A model generated the notes under the pieces. It was not told where the DNA came from, searched no databases, and saw nothing but the letters and a program-made list of their open reading frames with translations. 64,000 bases of DNA from assembly GCA_028873515.1 (NCBI GenBank), contig JAGWIG010000009.1, positions 610 through 64,609 on the forward strand, written 5' to 3'. This stretch comes from Pseudomonadota bacterium. Its GTDB lineage: Bacteria > Pseudomonadota > Gammaproteobacteria > Burkholderiales > REEB80. Position numbers and translations under genes: made by a program. How positions within the stretch are numbered: position 1 is the first letter of the stretch; each line of letters begins with the position of its first letter. Shown piece after piece: positions 53,989 through 63,336 of this stretch.

Positions 53989-56462
53989 ACGCAATCAGGA
54001 TCAAGAAATCACTGGATAAGGATACGCACCCATCATTGAGTGTGGTTCCCTATCTCTGCATGGTTCGCCCGGGAATTATCCTGAACAAGGATGGTTCCCT
54101 CATGGCATGCTTCCAGTTTGACGGACAAGATATTGACAGTATCGGGGAAAACGATCTCGACAGTATATGTGACACGGTTGAGCACTCGCTGAAACTGCTC
54201 AATGAAAGATTTACCTTGTGGTGGACGGTTCGAAGAAGAAAAAGCGCTTCCTATCCTGCTGCTGATTTTGGTGATAATGATATAGCAAAGCTGATTGATG
54301 ACACTCACCAGAAAAACTTTAAACAAGGTTCTCTCTACGAAAACACGCATTACCTGACAATACTGTTTACCCAGTTTTCGGGGATGGATGGATTTTTTGA
54401 ACGCCTGTCCATGCATATGCGAAAAGAAAAGACGAGTGTTATAGGCGCTTTCGCCTCGTCCATACAGGAATCCATTTTCTTGCGTAACCGGTTCCAGTTT
54501 GAAGCCAATCAACTGGATGAGGCCATTACCCAGTTCGAAAATATCATTACCGAATTTTATGCAACCTTGTCTACAGCAAAGTTCAAAAGGCTTGAACTCC
54601 AGGACATGCTGGGATTTCTGAATGCCTGTGTCAATCCGGCTGTGCAGAAACCCCGCCCCGTTGCCATCCCCAGGACTTCCATGCTTGACGCCTACCTTCA
54701 TGACACGACAATCACGATAGGCAGGGAAGCGATGGTTTTTCAGTCTGACAAGGATTATTTTGTTTCTGCTCTTTCCATCAAGGATTATCCAGATATGTCC
54801 CGGGCCGGGATACTGGATTCATTGCTTGCAATCGACGGAGAAATAACCGTTTCTATTGTTTATAAAATTCTTGAACAGGATAAAGCAAGGCATTTTATTG
54901 AAAAAAAGAGAAAACACTTTCTTTTTACTCAAAAATCCCTGATTCAATATGTCAAGGATTCCTTGTTTAAAACCAATTCTGCGCCTGATCCAGGTAAAGC
55001 TTCCATGGCCAAGGAAGCCTCGATAGCATTGGGCAACATCACGGAAGTCAATGCGCATTACGGTTATTTCAATTTTACTTTGTTGTGTGGGGGTGATTCC
55101 ATTGATGAAGTTGAAAATACAATACGCCTTGCTACTGCAGCCATCAATCATCTTGGCTTTATTTCTGTCCGCGAGCGCATAGGCTTGCAGTCAGCCTATC
55201 AGGCTACCATTCCAGGCCAATGGGGCGGTGTGTTCAGGTGGCATCTTGTTTCATCAGCCAATATGGCGGATATGGCGCCAATCAGAACCCTGGATCCCGG
55301 GGAAAAAATCAACCGGTATCTTACGGAACAGCTTGGTTCGGAACAGCATGCCACTTCCATTTTCCATACGCTGTTCAATACACCCTATAGCTTTAATTTT
55401 CATAATGGGGATATTGGGCATTTTCTGGTAATTGGGCCAACCGGTTCCGGCAAAAGTATATTTATCAATTTTCTTATTGCCCAATACCAGAAATACAACC
55501 CCATTACTATTGTCTTTGACAAGGATCGAACCTGTCGTATACCGATCCTGCTGCAGAATGGAAATTACGTCGATATTGATGGTGGAGATATTAAACTTAA
55601 CCCTGTTCGGCTGATTGAGGATAAAAAGCATTGGGCATTTTTAGCCAGGTGGATTGAAATGTTGCTGACCTATCGGGGGTACAGCCTAAGTTCCGGGGAT
55701 GATAAGCAGATTCAGCATGCCATAGAAGGGGTCAGCCGAATGAATCCTGATCTGTGGCGTCTTAGCAGTATCCGTACCCAGCTTTCAGGCGCATTGGGTA
55801 ATGAACTCGATGCATGGGTAGGCAAGGGGCAGTTTTCCCATATATTTGACAATAAGGAGGATGGTTTCAGTCTGGGCTTATTCAATGGAATGGAAATGGG
55901 CGGCTTGATGCTGCGGTTTCCAAAAGCTGCCGGAGCTTTTATGGAGTATGCCTTTTACAGGATTGATCAGGTTGTTGGAAAAGGCCGTCCGGCTTTCATC
56001 TATGTGGAAGAAGCCTGGTTTATGCTTGGCGACCCCGTTTTTGCAAGGCGGCTGGATGACTGGTTAAGGACCTTGCGCAAGAAAAATGCCGTGATTGGCA
56101 TGGCTACCCAGTCCCTTGCTGAAATTGAAAATTCGGATATCTTTTCATCGGTCATTGATAGCATTCCAAACAAGATCTATCTGCCCAATCGTGAAGCCTT
56201 TGCGCATCGCGTCGCATATAAGGAAAAATTTTCCTTAACGGATGATCAAATCAAGAGAATCGTCAGCGCCGAGCCAAAGCGTCATTATTATCTGGTCAAT
56301 TCATCACTTCGGCGCATGCTGGATGTCCCTATGAGCAAGGAGATCCTTGCCTGTTTGCGCTCGGATGTCAAAGCCCAGAATGTTTTTGATCAATATTACC
56401 AGAACAAGGATTCTAATCCGAACTGGAAGTTTGATTACCTAAAGGAGATTGCCCGTGAATAA
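53982..56462 (+). CDS. trbE: TrbE/VirB4 ATPase
   Basis: ILNKDGSL, GH.LVIGPTGSGKS, FDKD, EEAW, WLRTLRKKN...ATQS; GTG start at 53982 likely. Confidence 0.95.
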   Translation: MVNAIRIKKSLDKDTHPSLSVVPYLCMVRPGIILNKDGSLMACFQFDGQDIDSIGENDLDSICDTVEHSLKLLNERFTLWWTVRRRKSASYPAADFGDNDIAKLIDDTHQKNFKQGSLYENTHYLTILFTQFSGMDGFFERLSMHMRKEKTSVIGAFASSIQESIFLRNRFQFEANQLDEAITQFENIITEFYATLSTAKFKRLELQDMLGFLNACVNPAVQKPRPVAIPRTSMLDAYLHDTTITIGREAMVFQSDKDYFVSALSIKDYPDMSRAGILDSLLAIDGEITVSIVYKILEQDKARHFIEKKRKHFLFTQKSLIQYVKDSLFKTNSAPDPGKASMAKEASIALGNITEVNAHYGYFNFTLLCGGDSIDEVENTIRLATAAINHLGFISVRERIGLQSAYQATIPGQWGGVFRWHLVSSANMADMAPIRTLDPGEKINRYLTEQLGSEQHATSIFHTLFNTPYSFNFHNGDIGHFLVIGPTGSGKSIFINFLIAQYQKYNPITIVFDKDRTCRIPILLQNGNYVDIDGGDIKLNPVRLIEDKKHWAFLARWIEMLLTYRGYSLSSGDDKQIQHAIEGVSRMNPDLWRLSSIRTQLSGALGNELDAWVGKGQFSHIFDNKEDGFSLGLFNGMEMGGLMLRFPKAAGAFMEYAFYRIDQVVGKGRPAFIYVEEAWFMLGDPVFARRLDDWLRTLRKKNAVIGMATQSLAEIENSDIFSSVIDSIPNKIYLPNREAFAHRVAYKEKFSLTDDQIKRIVSAEPKRHYYLVNSSLRRMLDVPMSKEILACLRSDVKAQNVFDQYYQNKDSNPNWKFDYLKEIARE

Positions 56463-57240
56463 ACTGGTTAAACATGGCGTTGGAATCATCCTGTCTATCT
56501 ATGCAGGTCTGGCTATTGCTGGTGGGGGTCCTTCAGCGGCAGGTAGCAGCCTGGTTTTTGATCCGACCAATTACATCAAAAATACCCTTACCGCACAAAC
56601 CGCAGTCCAGGAAGAACAGCAACTGGTGCAGCAATATATAACGCAGCTTCAGCAACTGGCATTACAGAAAGCCAATTCGATCGGGTTATCGCAACAGCAG
56701 CTAAATGTTTCCCAAACAGCGTTGCAAAACCAGATCGTTCAATACAGTGACTATAACAATTCGCTCAAAAACCTGTATGGAAGCCTGGGCGGAGCAAACC
56801 AGTACATGAATAATGTCCAGTCCATGGTCAGCGCATCCAACCTGTCCGAACAGGATTGGTATGATCGGGAACAGTCTCTGGCTTCTCAAGGCAATGCCCA
56901 GGCTACAGTCCTGTTTAACCAGGGCCAGTCAGTGATTGGCCAGGTTAATGATGATATGGCGGTTCGTGCCCAGTTGCAGTCCAGCCTGCAAGGCTCGCCT
57001 GGACTCAATAAGACCATGAGTACCACCACGCAATACCTGGATCTGGTGTCAGAGCAGAATGCCCAGGCTTTGCAGATCATGGCAGCAAGAGAACAAAACG
57101 ATGCGGTGAAACAGTCTATCCAGGATTCAAGAGAGAAAGCGGAATCCAGTGCCTATAACCAGCAGATTCAAAAAATGAATCAGGAAAACCAGCAGTACAA
57201 CAATGCCATTCAGAGCAATACCAAGCCATATACTTTTTAA
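56455..57240 (+). CDS. trbJ: TrbJ/VirB5-like protein
   Basis: Signal peptide, VFDPTNY motif, Gln-rich coiled coil. Confidence 0.88.
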   Translation: MNKLVKHGVGIILSIYAGLAIAGGGPSAAGSSLVFDPTNYIKNTLTAQTAVQEEQQLVQQYITQLQQLALQKANSIGLSQQQLNVSQTALQNQIVQYSDYNNSLKNLYGSLGGANQYMNNVQSMVSASNLSEQDWYDREQSLASQGNAQATVLFNQGQSVIGQVNDDMAVRAQLQSSLQGSPGLNKTMSTTTQYLDLVSEQNAQALQIMAAREQNDAVKQSIQDSREKAESSAYNQQIQKMNQENQQYNNAIQSNTKPYTF

Positions 57241-57249
57241 GGGTTAACC

Positions 57250-58269
57250 ATGCGGTATTTTCTTCCTGTTTTAATCCTGATCATCCTGGGCATGATGCCC
57301 ATCAGCCAGGCCATGGCAAACGGATACCCGGATCCATCCCAGATTGCTGGCAATCCAGCCCCAGCCGCGTCCTCATCTTCTACAACCACACAGGGTCAGA
57401 ATCCGCAGCTTGAGGCCAATACGGTGATCAAAGAACTGGACAAGCTGGAAACCAATAGTGTGTTTACGCAAGCTTACGCGCTTGCGGCGAAAATGATGCC
57501 TACCGCGACTAAAATGCTGGGATTGCTTTCCGTGCTGATTATAACTCTGGCCGGAATAAGATTTGCCTTTACGGACAATCCAAACATCATCTTTGGAGAA
57601 TTGATCAGTAACATCCTTCAAATCGGTCTGTTCTCATTTCTACTTTTTAACTACCCCTTATTCATAGAGAACCTGAACTGGCTGTTTGAAACGTTACGAA
57701 CCGTAGTCAATGCAAATTTTGAGGTGGCATGGCAAGCCATTGTTGGTACTTCAGTAACCGCGTTTAATGAAGCGATGAGCTTACATTTTCCATCCATCTG
57801 GATGCATCCGTCGCTGTGGTTTAACATGGCCATGACAGCCAGTATTTCCTTGCTGTCTTCCCTGGCCATGCTATTTACGGGGCTGCTCTTTGTGCTCTAC
57901 TGGTTTTTAAGTGATGCGCTTGCGGCTATCGCCATTGCCCTGGGACCTATATTTGTCTCAGTGGGCGTATGGGATGTCACCAAAGGCTTTTTTGAATCCT
58001 GGCTGGGTTTTTTTGTAAGCGCATTGGGGTACAAGCTCATTGCTGGCGTCATGATTAGCCTGATGAGCCAGACCATCCTTAGTTCATTTACAGCAGATGC
58101 AGGCCACGCATCACCTGGAACAGCAGTGGGATCCCTGATCATGTCTGTGGCGTTTTCATATGTATTCATGCAGACGCCGAAAATCGCCTCAGCTTTATTT
58201 GGCGGGATAGCAGTCGGGGAATTCAAGATACCCAAAATGCCGGGTCCTAAAACACCTCCACCAGCCTAA
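57250..58269 (+). CDS. trbL: TrbL/VirB6 polytopic membrane protein
   Basis: Multiple TM helices, GPIF....W..T..FF..W, P.IA..L.GG. Confidence 0.88.
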   Translation: MRYFLPVLILIILGMMPISQAMANGYPDPSQIAGNPAPAASSSSTTTQGQNPQLEANTVIKELDKLETNSVFTQAYALAAKMMPTATKMLGLLSVLIITLAGIRFAFTDNPNIIFGELISNILQIGLFSFLLFNYPLFIENLNWLFETLRTVVNANFEVAWQAIVGTSVTAFNEAMSLHFPSIWMHPSLWFNMAMTASISLLSSLAMLFTGLLFVLYWFLSDALAAIAIALGPIFVSVGVWDVTKGFFESWLGFFVSALGYKLIAGVMISLMSQTILSSFTADAGHASPGTAVGSLIMSVAFSYVFMQTPKIASALFGGIAVGEFKIPKMPGPKTPPPA

Positions 58270-58394
58270 AACGTGTACACGTCATGGCTTAATAAAATCA
58301 GCATGTTATAAAAATAACCGGAAATGGGCACGGTGCCCATTTTCTATAAATCACGTAACTCATTGAAAACAATAATGCCAGTTTTGTACACGTA
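58263..58394. repeat. symmetric IHF/palindrome module, copy 2
   Basis: First 22 bp AGCCTAAAACGTGTACACGTCA identical to copy 1; AATCAGCATGTTA (58296-308); AAATGGGCAC-G-GTGCCCATTT (58322-42); TAACTCATTGAAA (58356-68); TGTACACGTA (58385-94). Confidence 0.9.
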
Positions 58395-58557
58395 TTGATA
58401 TTAGCTGCCTCTTTCATCTTAGATTATTCCGGACTTGTACCAACAATTTATTTGGTTCAAGTCTGAAAACTAGTTAAAAAATTTGACTATTCAAAAAATT
58501 TAGTGGCATGGATACCCCCAAAATAACTGGGACACATCAATCTGGAGTAGGTTTGCC

Positions 58558-59259
58558 GTGAAGTTTCCAGGAATAAAGCACAAAGATAATTTATCTCCGA
58601 TCCCACATGAGAATATTGGAGAAGGTAAAAAAGAATGGTTTGAAGCTTTTGGTGCGCCTACTGTCAATGCAAACAGATGGTTCTTGATTTCCATGGCTCT
58701 TGCAGTCTGTCTTGTCGCCTTGTCTATTGCCTTTGCCCACCTGTTCCCCCTTAAAACCGTGGTTCCCTATATTGTGAGTGTGGATCAAAGTGGGTATGTT
58801 TCAGCCGATTCGGCTACAGCACAACATTACGTGCCAGGAGAAGCTGAAAAACGTTACTTCCTTGCAAAATGGGTCAGGGATTTATATACGATAGACAATA
58901 CCCTGACCGTGCAGTACCTCAAGGATGACTATTCTGTAACGATGGATAAGGCCATCCCTGAATTCAAGGATTTCATGCACCAGGACAATCCTCTCCAGCA
59001 ATTATCGGATAATCCGCAAACCATCCGAACCGTCACCATTAATTCTGTTTCTTTTGTCTCAAGCAGTACGGCCTTAATCAGGTTTGTCACTGAAAAACGG
59101 AACGCCGACGGTTCACTGTCCAATCGCACAATGCGACTTGCAGCCATAGATTTCAAGATTATTCCCCCTACCACGGCACAGGAAATCCTTACCAATCCGA
59201 TTGGTCTTTTTATCGATAACTTCGACATTACCGACGATACCAATTCAACAGGAGATTAG
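58558..59259 (+). CDS. trbF: TrbF/VirB8
   Basis: W.E.FG, TM helix, PLKTVVPYIVSVD..G, C-terminal NPIGLFI..F. Confidence 0.9.
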   Translation: MKFPGIKHKDNLSPIPHENIGEGKKEWFEAFGAPTVNANRWFLISMALAVCLVALSIAFAHLFPLKTVVPYIVSVDQSGYVSADSATAQHYVPGEAEKRYFLAKWVRDLYTIDNTLTVQYLKDDYSVTMDKAIPEFKDFMHQDNPLQQLSDNPQTIRTVTINSVSFVSSSTALIRFVTEKRNADGSLSNRTMRLAAIDFKIIPPTTAQEILTNPIGLFIDNFDITDDTNSTGD

Positions 59260-59264
59260 TCAGC

Positions 59265-60053
59265 ATGAAATACGTACAATCCATCATACTTGTGTTGACC
59301 ATGCTGCTTGGCATGTCTGGAATAGCCTTTGCCGATGCACAGGCTTACCCTATGCCGACTGACAACCATCTGGTCGAATTCCAGTATGATCCTGATCAAA
59401 CCTATACCATCCTGGCCATACCCGATGCGGTAACCGATATCCAGATCGGAAAAGATGAAACCTTGATTGGCCCTCCGGCCATCGGGGATTCCATTGAATG
59501 GAAAGTTGCCGTCCTTGGGCGTCATATATTTATCAAGCCGGTTCGAAACAACCTGTTTACCAGCATGACCATTGTCACCAATAAACGGGCATACCAGCTT
59601 ACCCTGCGATCCAGTCCGACAGGAGGTAAATGGTACCAGCATGTAAGCTGGCAGTATCCCGATATCATCATCTCAAATCTCAAGATTGCTCAGGCAAATA
59701 TTGAAAAATCCAAACAGGAAAAGCAACGTCTTTCCAGTATCAATGTATCCGCAGTACCTGACTATACCAATCTGAATTTTGATTACAGCGTGAGTGGTGA
59801 TGATGACCTGAAACCCACCACGGTTTTCGATGACGGTAAATTCACCTATATCCGCCTTAAGCAGAGCATGCAGGAAATGCCAGCCCTGTTTATAGATGAG
59901 AACGGTAAAAGCGAACTGGTGAACTATAACGTGCATGGTGAATATCTTGTCGTCCAACGAACGGCTGCTAGATTTGTTCTGAAATTAGGCAAGCAGGAAG
60001 TGCATTTAACGAACAACAAATTAAACAAAAGATTCTTTCATTCGTTCTGGTAA
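59265..60053 (+). CDS. trbG: TrbG/VirB9
   Basis: IGDS.EW, IKP, TNKR.Y, VSW.YP, LNFDY, P..VFDDGKFTYI, LVNY. Confidence 0.93.
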   Translation: MKYVQSIILVLTMLLGMSGIAFADAQAYPMPTDNHLVEFQYDPDQTYTILAIPDAVTDIQIGKDETLIGPPAIGDSIEWKVAVLGRHIFIKPVRNNLFTSMTIVTNKRAYQLTLRSSPTGGKWYQHVSWQYPDIIISNLKIAQANIEKSKQEKQRLSSINVSAVPDYTNLNFDYSVSGDDDLKPTTVFDDGKFTYIRLKQSMQEMPALFIDENGKSELVNYNVHGEYLVVQRTAARFVLKLGKQEVHLTNNKLNKRFFHSFW

Positions 60054-60069
60054 GCACGGGATAAAAACA

Positions 60070-61365
60070 ATGAAAATGAATATCAATCAATCGCCTGGGC
60101 CAGACGAACAAAGCCTGAAAGGCAAGCCAAGGCGTAATATCCATCGAATATTGGCGGTGCTGATCTCCACAGTTCTGGTTACAGCCATCTTTTATGGCGC
60201 ATATAAACACCGGCATGAAGTTAAAGCAGAAAAACTGAAATCGGATCAACTAACCAACACCCAGATTCAAACGCCTACACAATCTGAAATTGAGCGCCTT
60301 ATCAAGACCGATGTTGCCAATGCAGAAAAGGACAAGCAAAAAGTCAAGCCTATTGAACCTAAGCAGGGTCCAAATGGCATTCCACCAGAATTAAAGAAAA
60401 TTATCGAAAAGGGCAGAATAGAAAACAATGAACCGATAACAGGAAACGACAGCCCGAATCCTTCTGCTTCCAGCAAAATTCCGGCAGCGGTAGCACAGCG
60501 TCAGGAAGCGGCTGCAGCATCTTCCATTTTAATTCAGTATCAGCCACAGAATGACTACGAGAACTCTACAAGTCCAGGCGCTGCTTCGAATGCACCCCCT
60601 CAGCCTGTTGTCCCGGCCAGTCCTGCCAGTGATCAGAACATCACGCCTAAAGACCTGGCCCAGGCCTTGAATTCGGGTCGGCCACAAGGACCGGAAACAG
60701 TCAATGACCATAACAACCAGTGGCTAACATCGCAGTCAGATTCTTCCCAGACCGGGGTGATTAAGATTGTAAAGAACCAGTCACAGTATGTCATTAATCA
60801 GGGAACCATTATTCCTGCCGTGCTGGTAACCAGACTGGATAGTGACTTACCGGGTATGGTTGTTGCACGGGTCACCACGGATGTTTATGACACCATTAAT
60901 GAGCATTATCTTCTGATCCCAAAAGGGTCCAGATTGATAGGACAATATGACAGCAATATCAGCACAGGACAGGAACGACTTCTTATTGCCTTCAACCGGA
61001 TTATTCTTCCAAACGGAAATTCTGCCTATCTCGGCGGCATGCAGGGCGCAAGTGATACCGGGGAATCCGGATTCAGCGATCAGGTTAACAACCATTTCTG
61101 GAAAATCTTTGGCTCATCTTTTCTGATTGCGGGACTGACGCAATGGGCTCAGGGAAACAATGCCACAACCCTGAACATGTACGGGGTGCCTCTTGGAGCC
61201 ATGATGGGGAATGCAGCAGGTCAGGCCATGCTCAGCACGTCCAATGCCATTCTTGCCAAAAACCAGAATATCCAGCCAACACTGATTATACGGCAAGGCT
61301 ATCGCTTTAATGTCATGGTAGCCAGGGATATGCAGATGATGCCATATCAAGGGGCAGGCAATTGA
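60070..61365 (+). CDS. trbI: TrbI/VirB10
   Basis: GT.IPAVL.T.L.SDLPG, VYD, LLIPKGSRLIG.Y, D.VNNHF, IQPTL.IR.G. Confidence 0.95.
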   Translation: MKMNINQSPGPDEQSLKGKPRRNIHRILAVLISTVLVTAIFYGAYKHRHEVKAEKLKSDQLTNTQIQTPTQSEIERLIKTDVANAEKDKQKVKPIEPKQGPNGIPPELKKIIEKGRIENNEPITGNDSPNPSASSKIPAAVAQRQEAAAASSILIQYQPQNDYENSTSPGAASNAPPQPVVPASPASDQNITPKDLAQALNSGRPQGPETVNDHNNQWLTSQSDSSQTGVIKIVKNQSQYVINQGTIIPAVLVTRLDSDLPGMVVARVTTDVYDTINEHYLLIPKGSRLIGQYDSNISTGQERLLIAFNRIILPNGNSAYLGGMQGASDTGESGFSDQVNNHFWKIFGSSFLIAGLTQWAQGNNATTLNMYGVPLGAMMGNAAGQAMLSTSNAILAKNQNIQPTLIIRQGYRFNVMVARDMQMMPYQGAGN

Positions 61366-62012
61366 GATCTGCCCTTTTCGCAGCCCTTTTTTACATGCTG
61401 GCCCTACCTATGATGGCCTATGCAGGGCAGCAGGGCTGTAACCAGCCGGTAAGAAGCAATTCTGTCCAGAAAATACTCGATGGCAAAGCCATTCCTGCAT
61501 CCATCCAGTATTACTGGTACATGGATGAGGCGAGAGCAGAACATATTGGTTTTTGGGCTTGCCAGCCGATTACAGATATCTTTTCCCAGGTGGCTACACT
61601 GTCAGGCGTTCCTAAAATTGTCCTGACGGCCATTTCCATGAATGAATCTTCCAGAAATGGAATTCCATGGCCATGGACATTAAATATCAAGGGCAGGGCG
61701 TTTTATTTTCAGACACGTGAAGATGCCTATGCAGCAATCAAAGCCCTTCTGGCCCATCACATCGATATGTTTGATGTCGGCATCATGCAGGTGAACTGGA
61801 AATATAACGGATGGCGATTCAAGAATGCATGGGAAGCCTTGCAACCTTCCATAAATATCGCCATTGCCGCCAACATCCTGAATGAAAACCACCAGAAAAC
61901 AGGAGACTGGGCCAAAGCGGTGGCGTTATATCACAGCGCAAATCCAGGCATGGACCATCAGTACCTTCAGGATTTCGTTACGCATATGCGTCTCGTTGTG
62001 GCTGAAAGGTAA
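61362..62012 (+). CDS. lytic transglycosylase (SLT, VirB1-like role)
   Basis: AI...ESS, PWPWTLN, DVG.MQVN, NI..AA.IL, A...YHS. Confidence 0.9.
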   Translation: MRSALFAALFYMLALPMMAYAGQQGCNQPVRSNSVQKILDGKAIPASIQYYWYMDEARAEHIGFWACQPITDIFSQVATLSGVPKIVLTAISMNESSRNGIPWPWTLNIKGRAFYFQTREDAYAAIKALLAHHIDMFDVGIMQVNWKYNGWRFKNAWEALQPSINIAIAANILNENHQKTGDWAKAVALYHSANPGMDHQYLQDFVTHMRLVVAER

Positions 62013-62082
62013 TCAATATATTGAACTATTCAGAAATGTTTAATGTGGGCCTTAACCCATAATGTTCTTGAAAGGGAACTTC

Positions 62083-63336
62083 ATGATTACAGGATTCAAT
62101 AAGACCATTCTTGCGCTGGCCGTCAGCCTGGTATGCACTTCTGCCTACGCTGGAGATTATGGCGGTTTTGATTTCAATTACGATGTTGAGGGTGCATCCC
62201 GTCCGCAAATTGTTTTTGATGATGGAAGCCATGTCTTTTTTCAGGTTGGCAAAGCCCATCCAGATATTTCATGTCTGGATGGAGGCATTACTCCTTTACA
62301 TACCGAAGTGGTTGGTCCTTATATACAAGTCAACAAGCTGTGTGAAGGATATCTGGTTTCAGGTGACGGGCTGATGTCTACCGTTCAATATACAGGAGTA
62401 CATGTTCGCTGGAAAAACCCGCCACAAACACCTGCTGCACCCGTTTCCACGCGGTTGTTGAAGCCCGCTACCCCCCAGCCGCTCAACCAGTTTGTTCCAC
62501 TTCGTCATATCAGCGATTCTGGAATGGCGCCACCTTTACCAGTTAGCCACTTTGAATTCACTCATGCCATGCTGTTAATGGCCCTGAATGCGATCATTCC
62601 ATCTTCAATGGATGCTGAAATAGATAAAAACATCAATGTGGTGGATACCAAAATTACGTTGCGACGCACTGGAAAATGGACGGATGTGCTTGAATATCTC
62701 ATGCTCAAGACGGGTATGTATGCACGGATTGACTGGACTACCCGGAAAGTCTATATCGCCCGATCCTATCGAACAACCCTAGAGGCAGACACTCCAGCGA
62801 CTCCATTTTTCAAAACAAAAAATCCACAGGTTCTATCGGCTTCGATTCATGTTACGCCCAAGACTCGTAAGCTGATCGTCATGTCCAGACCTTCCATGCC
62901 GCTTTCGGTATCCCGGAAACCTGTCGTTCACGCTGATCATCAATTAAGGGTGAATCACCAGCCTTTTAGCCGGGTTGTGCAGAAGGCACAGCAACCCATA
63001 CAGCCTGTTGTTGCCGTCCAGGCCCGGCTACCTGTCCTGATTCATCCGGTTGTAAAACCAAAGCCTCCTGTCATTTCTGCAAAACCTGAAATGATAGAAA
63101 TGAAAGATGGAGACATGCTGTCAGACATTATTCGTAAGTATGTCAGCAGCTATGGGTATTCGAATGTGTTGTGGCAGGCAAGCTATGACATCCGGATTGT
63201 TCATGATCTAAACATCCAGAAACCTGCATCCATGGACAGCGGTCTGGAGCTTTTCCTTAAACCCGCTGGGCTCAAAGCCACAGTGTATGGAGATGGCAAA
63301 ACGATTGTCATCAACGATATCGGGAGCGAATCGTGA
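62083..63336 (+). CDS. exported protein: VirB9-C-like N-terminus plus TcpQ/PilL-like domains
   Basis: Signal peptide; FDFNY...RP..VFDDG...FFQ; W.DVL...ID.....V.I; C-terminal GD.LS.....Y..V.W.A.YD; start at ATG 62083 after AAGGGA. Confidence 0.65.
   Translation: MITGFNKTILALAVSLVCTSAYAGDYGGFDFNYDVEGASRPQIVFDDGSHVFFQVGKAHPDISCLDGGITPLHTEVVGPYIQVNKLCEGYLVSGDGLMSTVQYTGVHVRWKNPPQTPAAPVSTRLLKPATPQPLNQFVPLRHISDSGMAPPLPVSHFEFTHAMLLMALNAIIPSSMDAEIDKNINVVDTKITLRRTGKWTDVLEYLMLKTGMYARIDWTTRKVYIARSYRTTLEADTPATPFFKTKNPQVLSASIHVTPKTRKLIVMSRPSMPLSVSRKPVVHADHQLRVNHQPFSRVVQKAQQPIQPVVAVQARLPVLIHPVVKPKPPVISAKPEMIEMKDGDMLSDIIRKYVSSYGYSNVLWQASYDIRIVHDLNIQKPASMDSGLELFLKPAGLKATVYGDGKTIVINDIGSES

Noticed and set aside
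54033-54701. 222-aa antisense ORF
   Set aside because: Lies wholly opposite trbE with no motif; a shadow ORF, like the many other antisense ORFs over core genes.
47582-58394. Twin modules as a CRISPR array or IS ends
   Set aside because: Only two copies 10.7 kb apart; no spacers, cas genes, transposase or target-site duplication seen.
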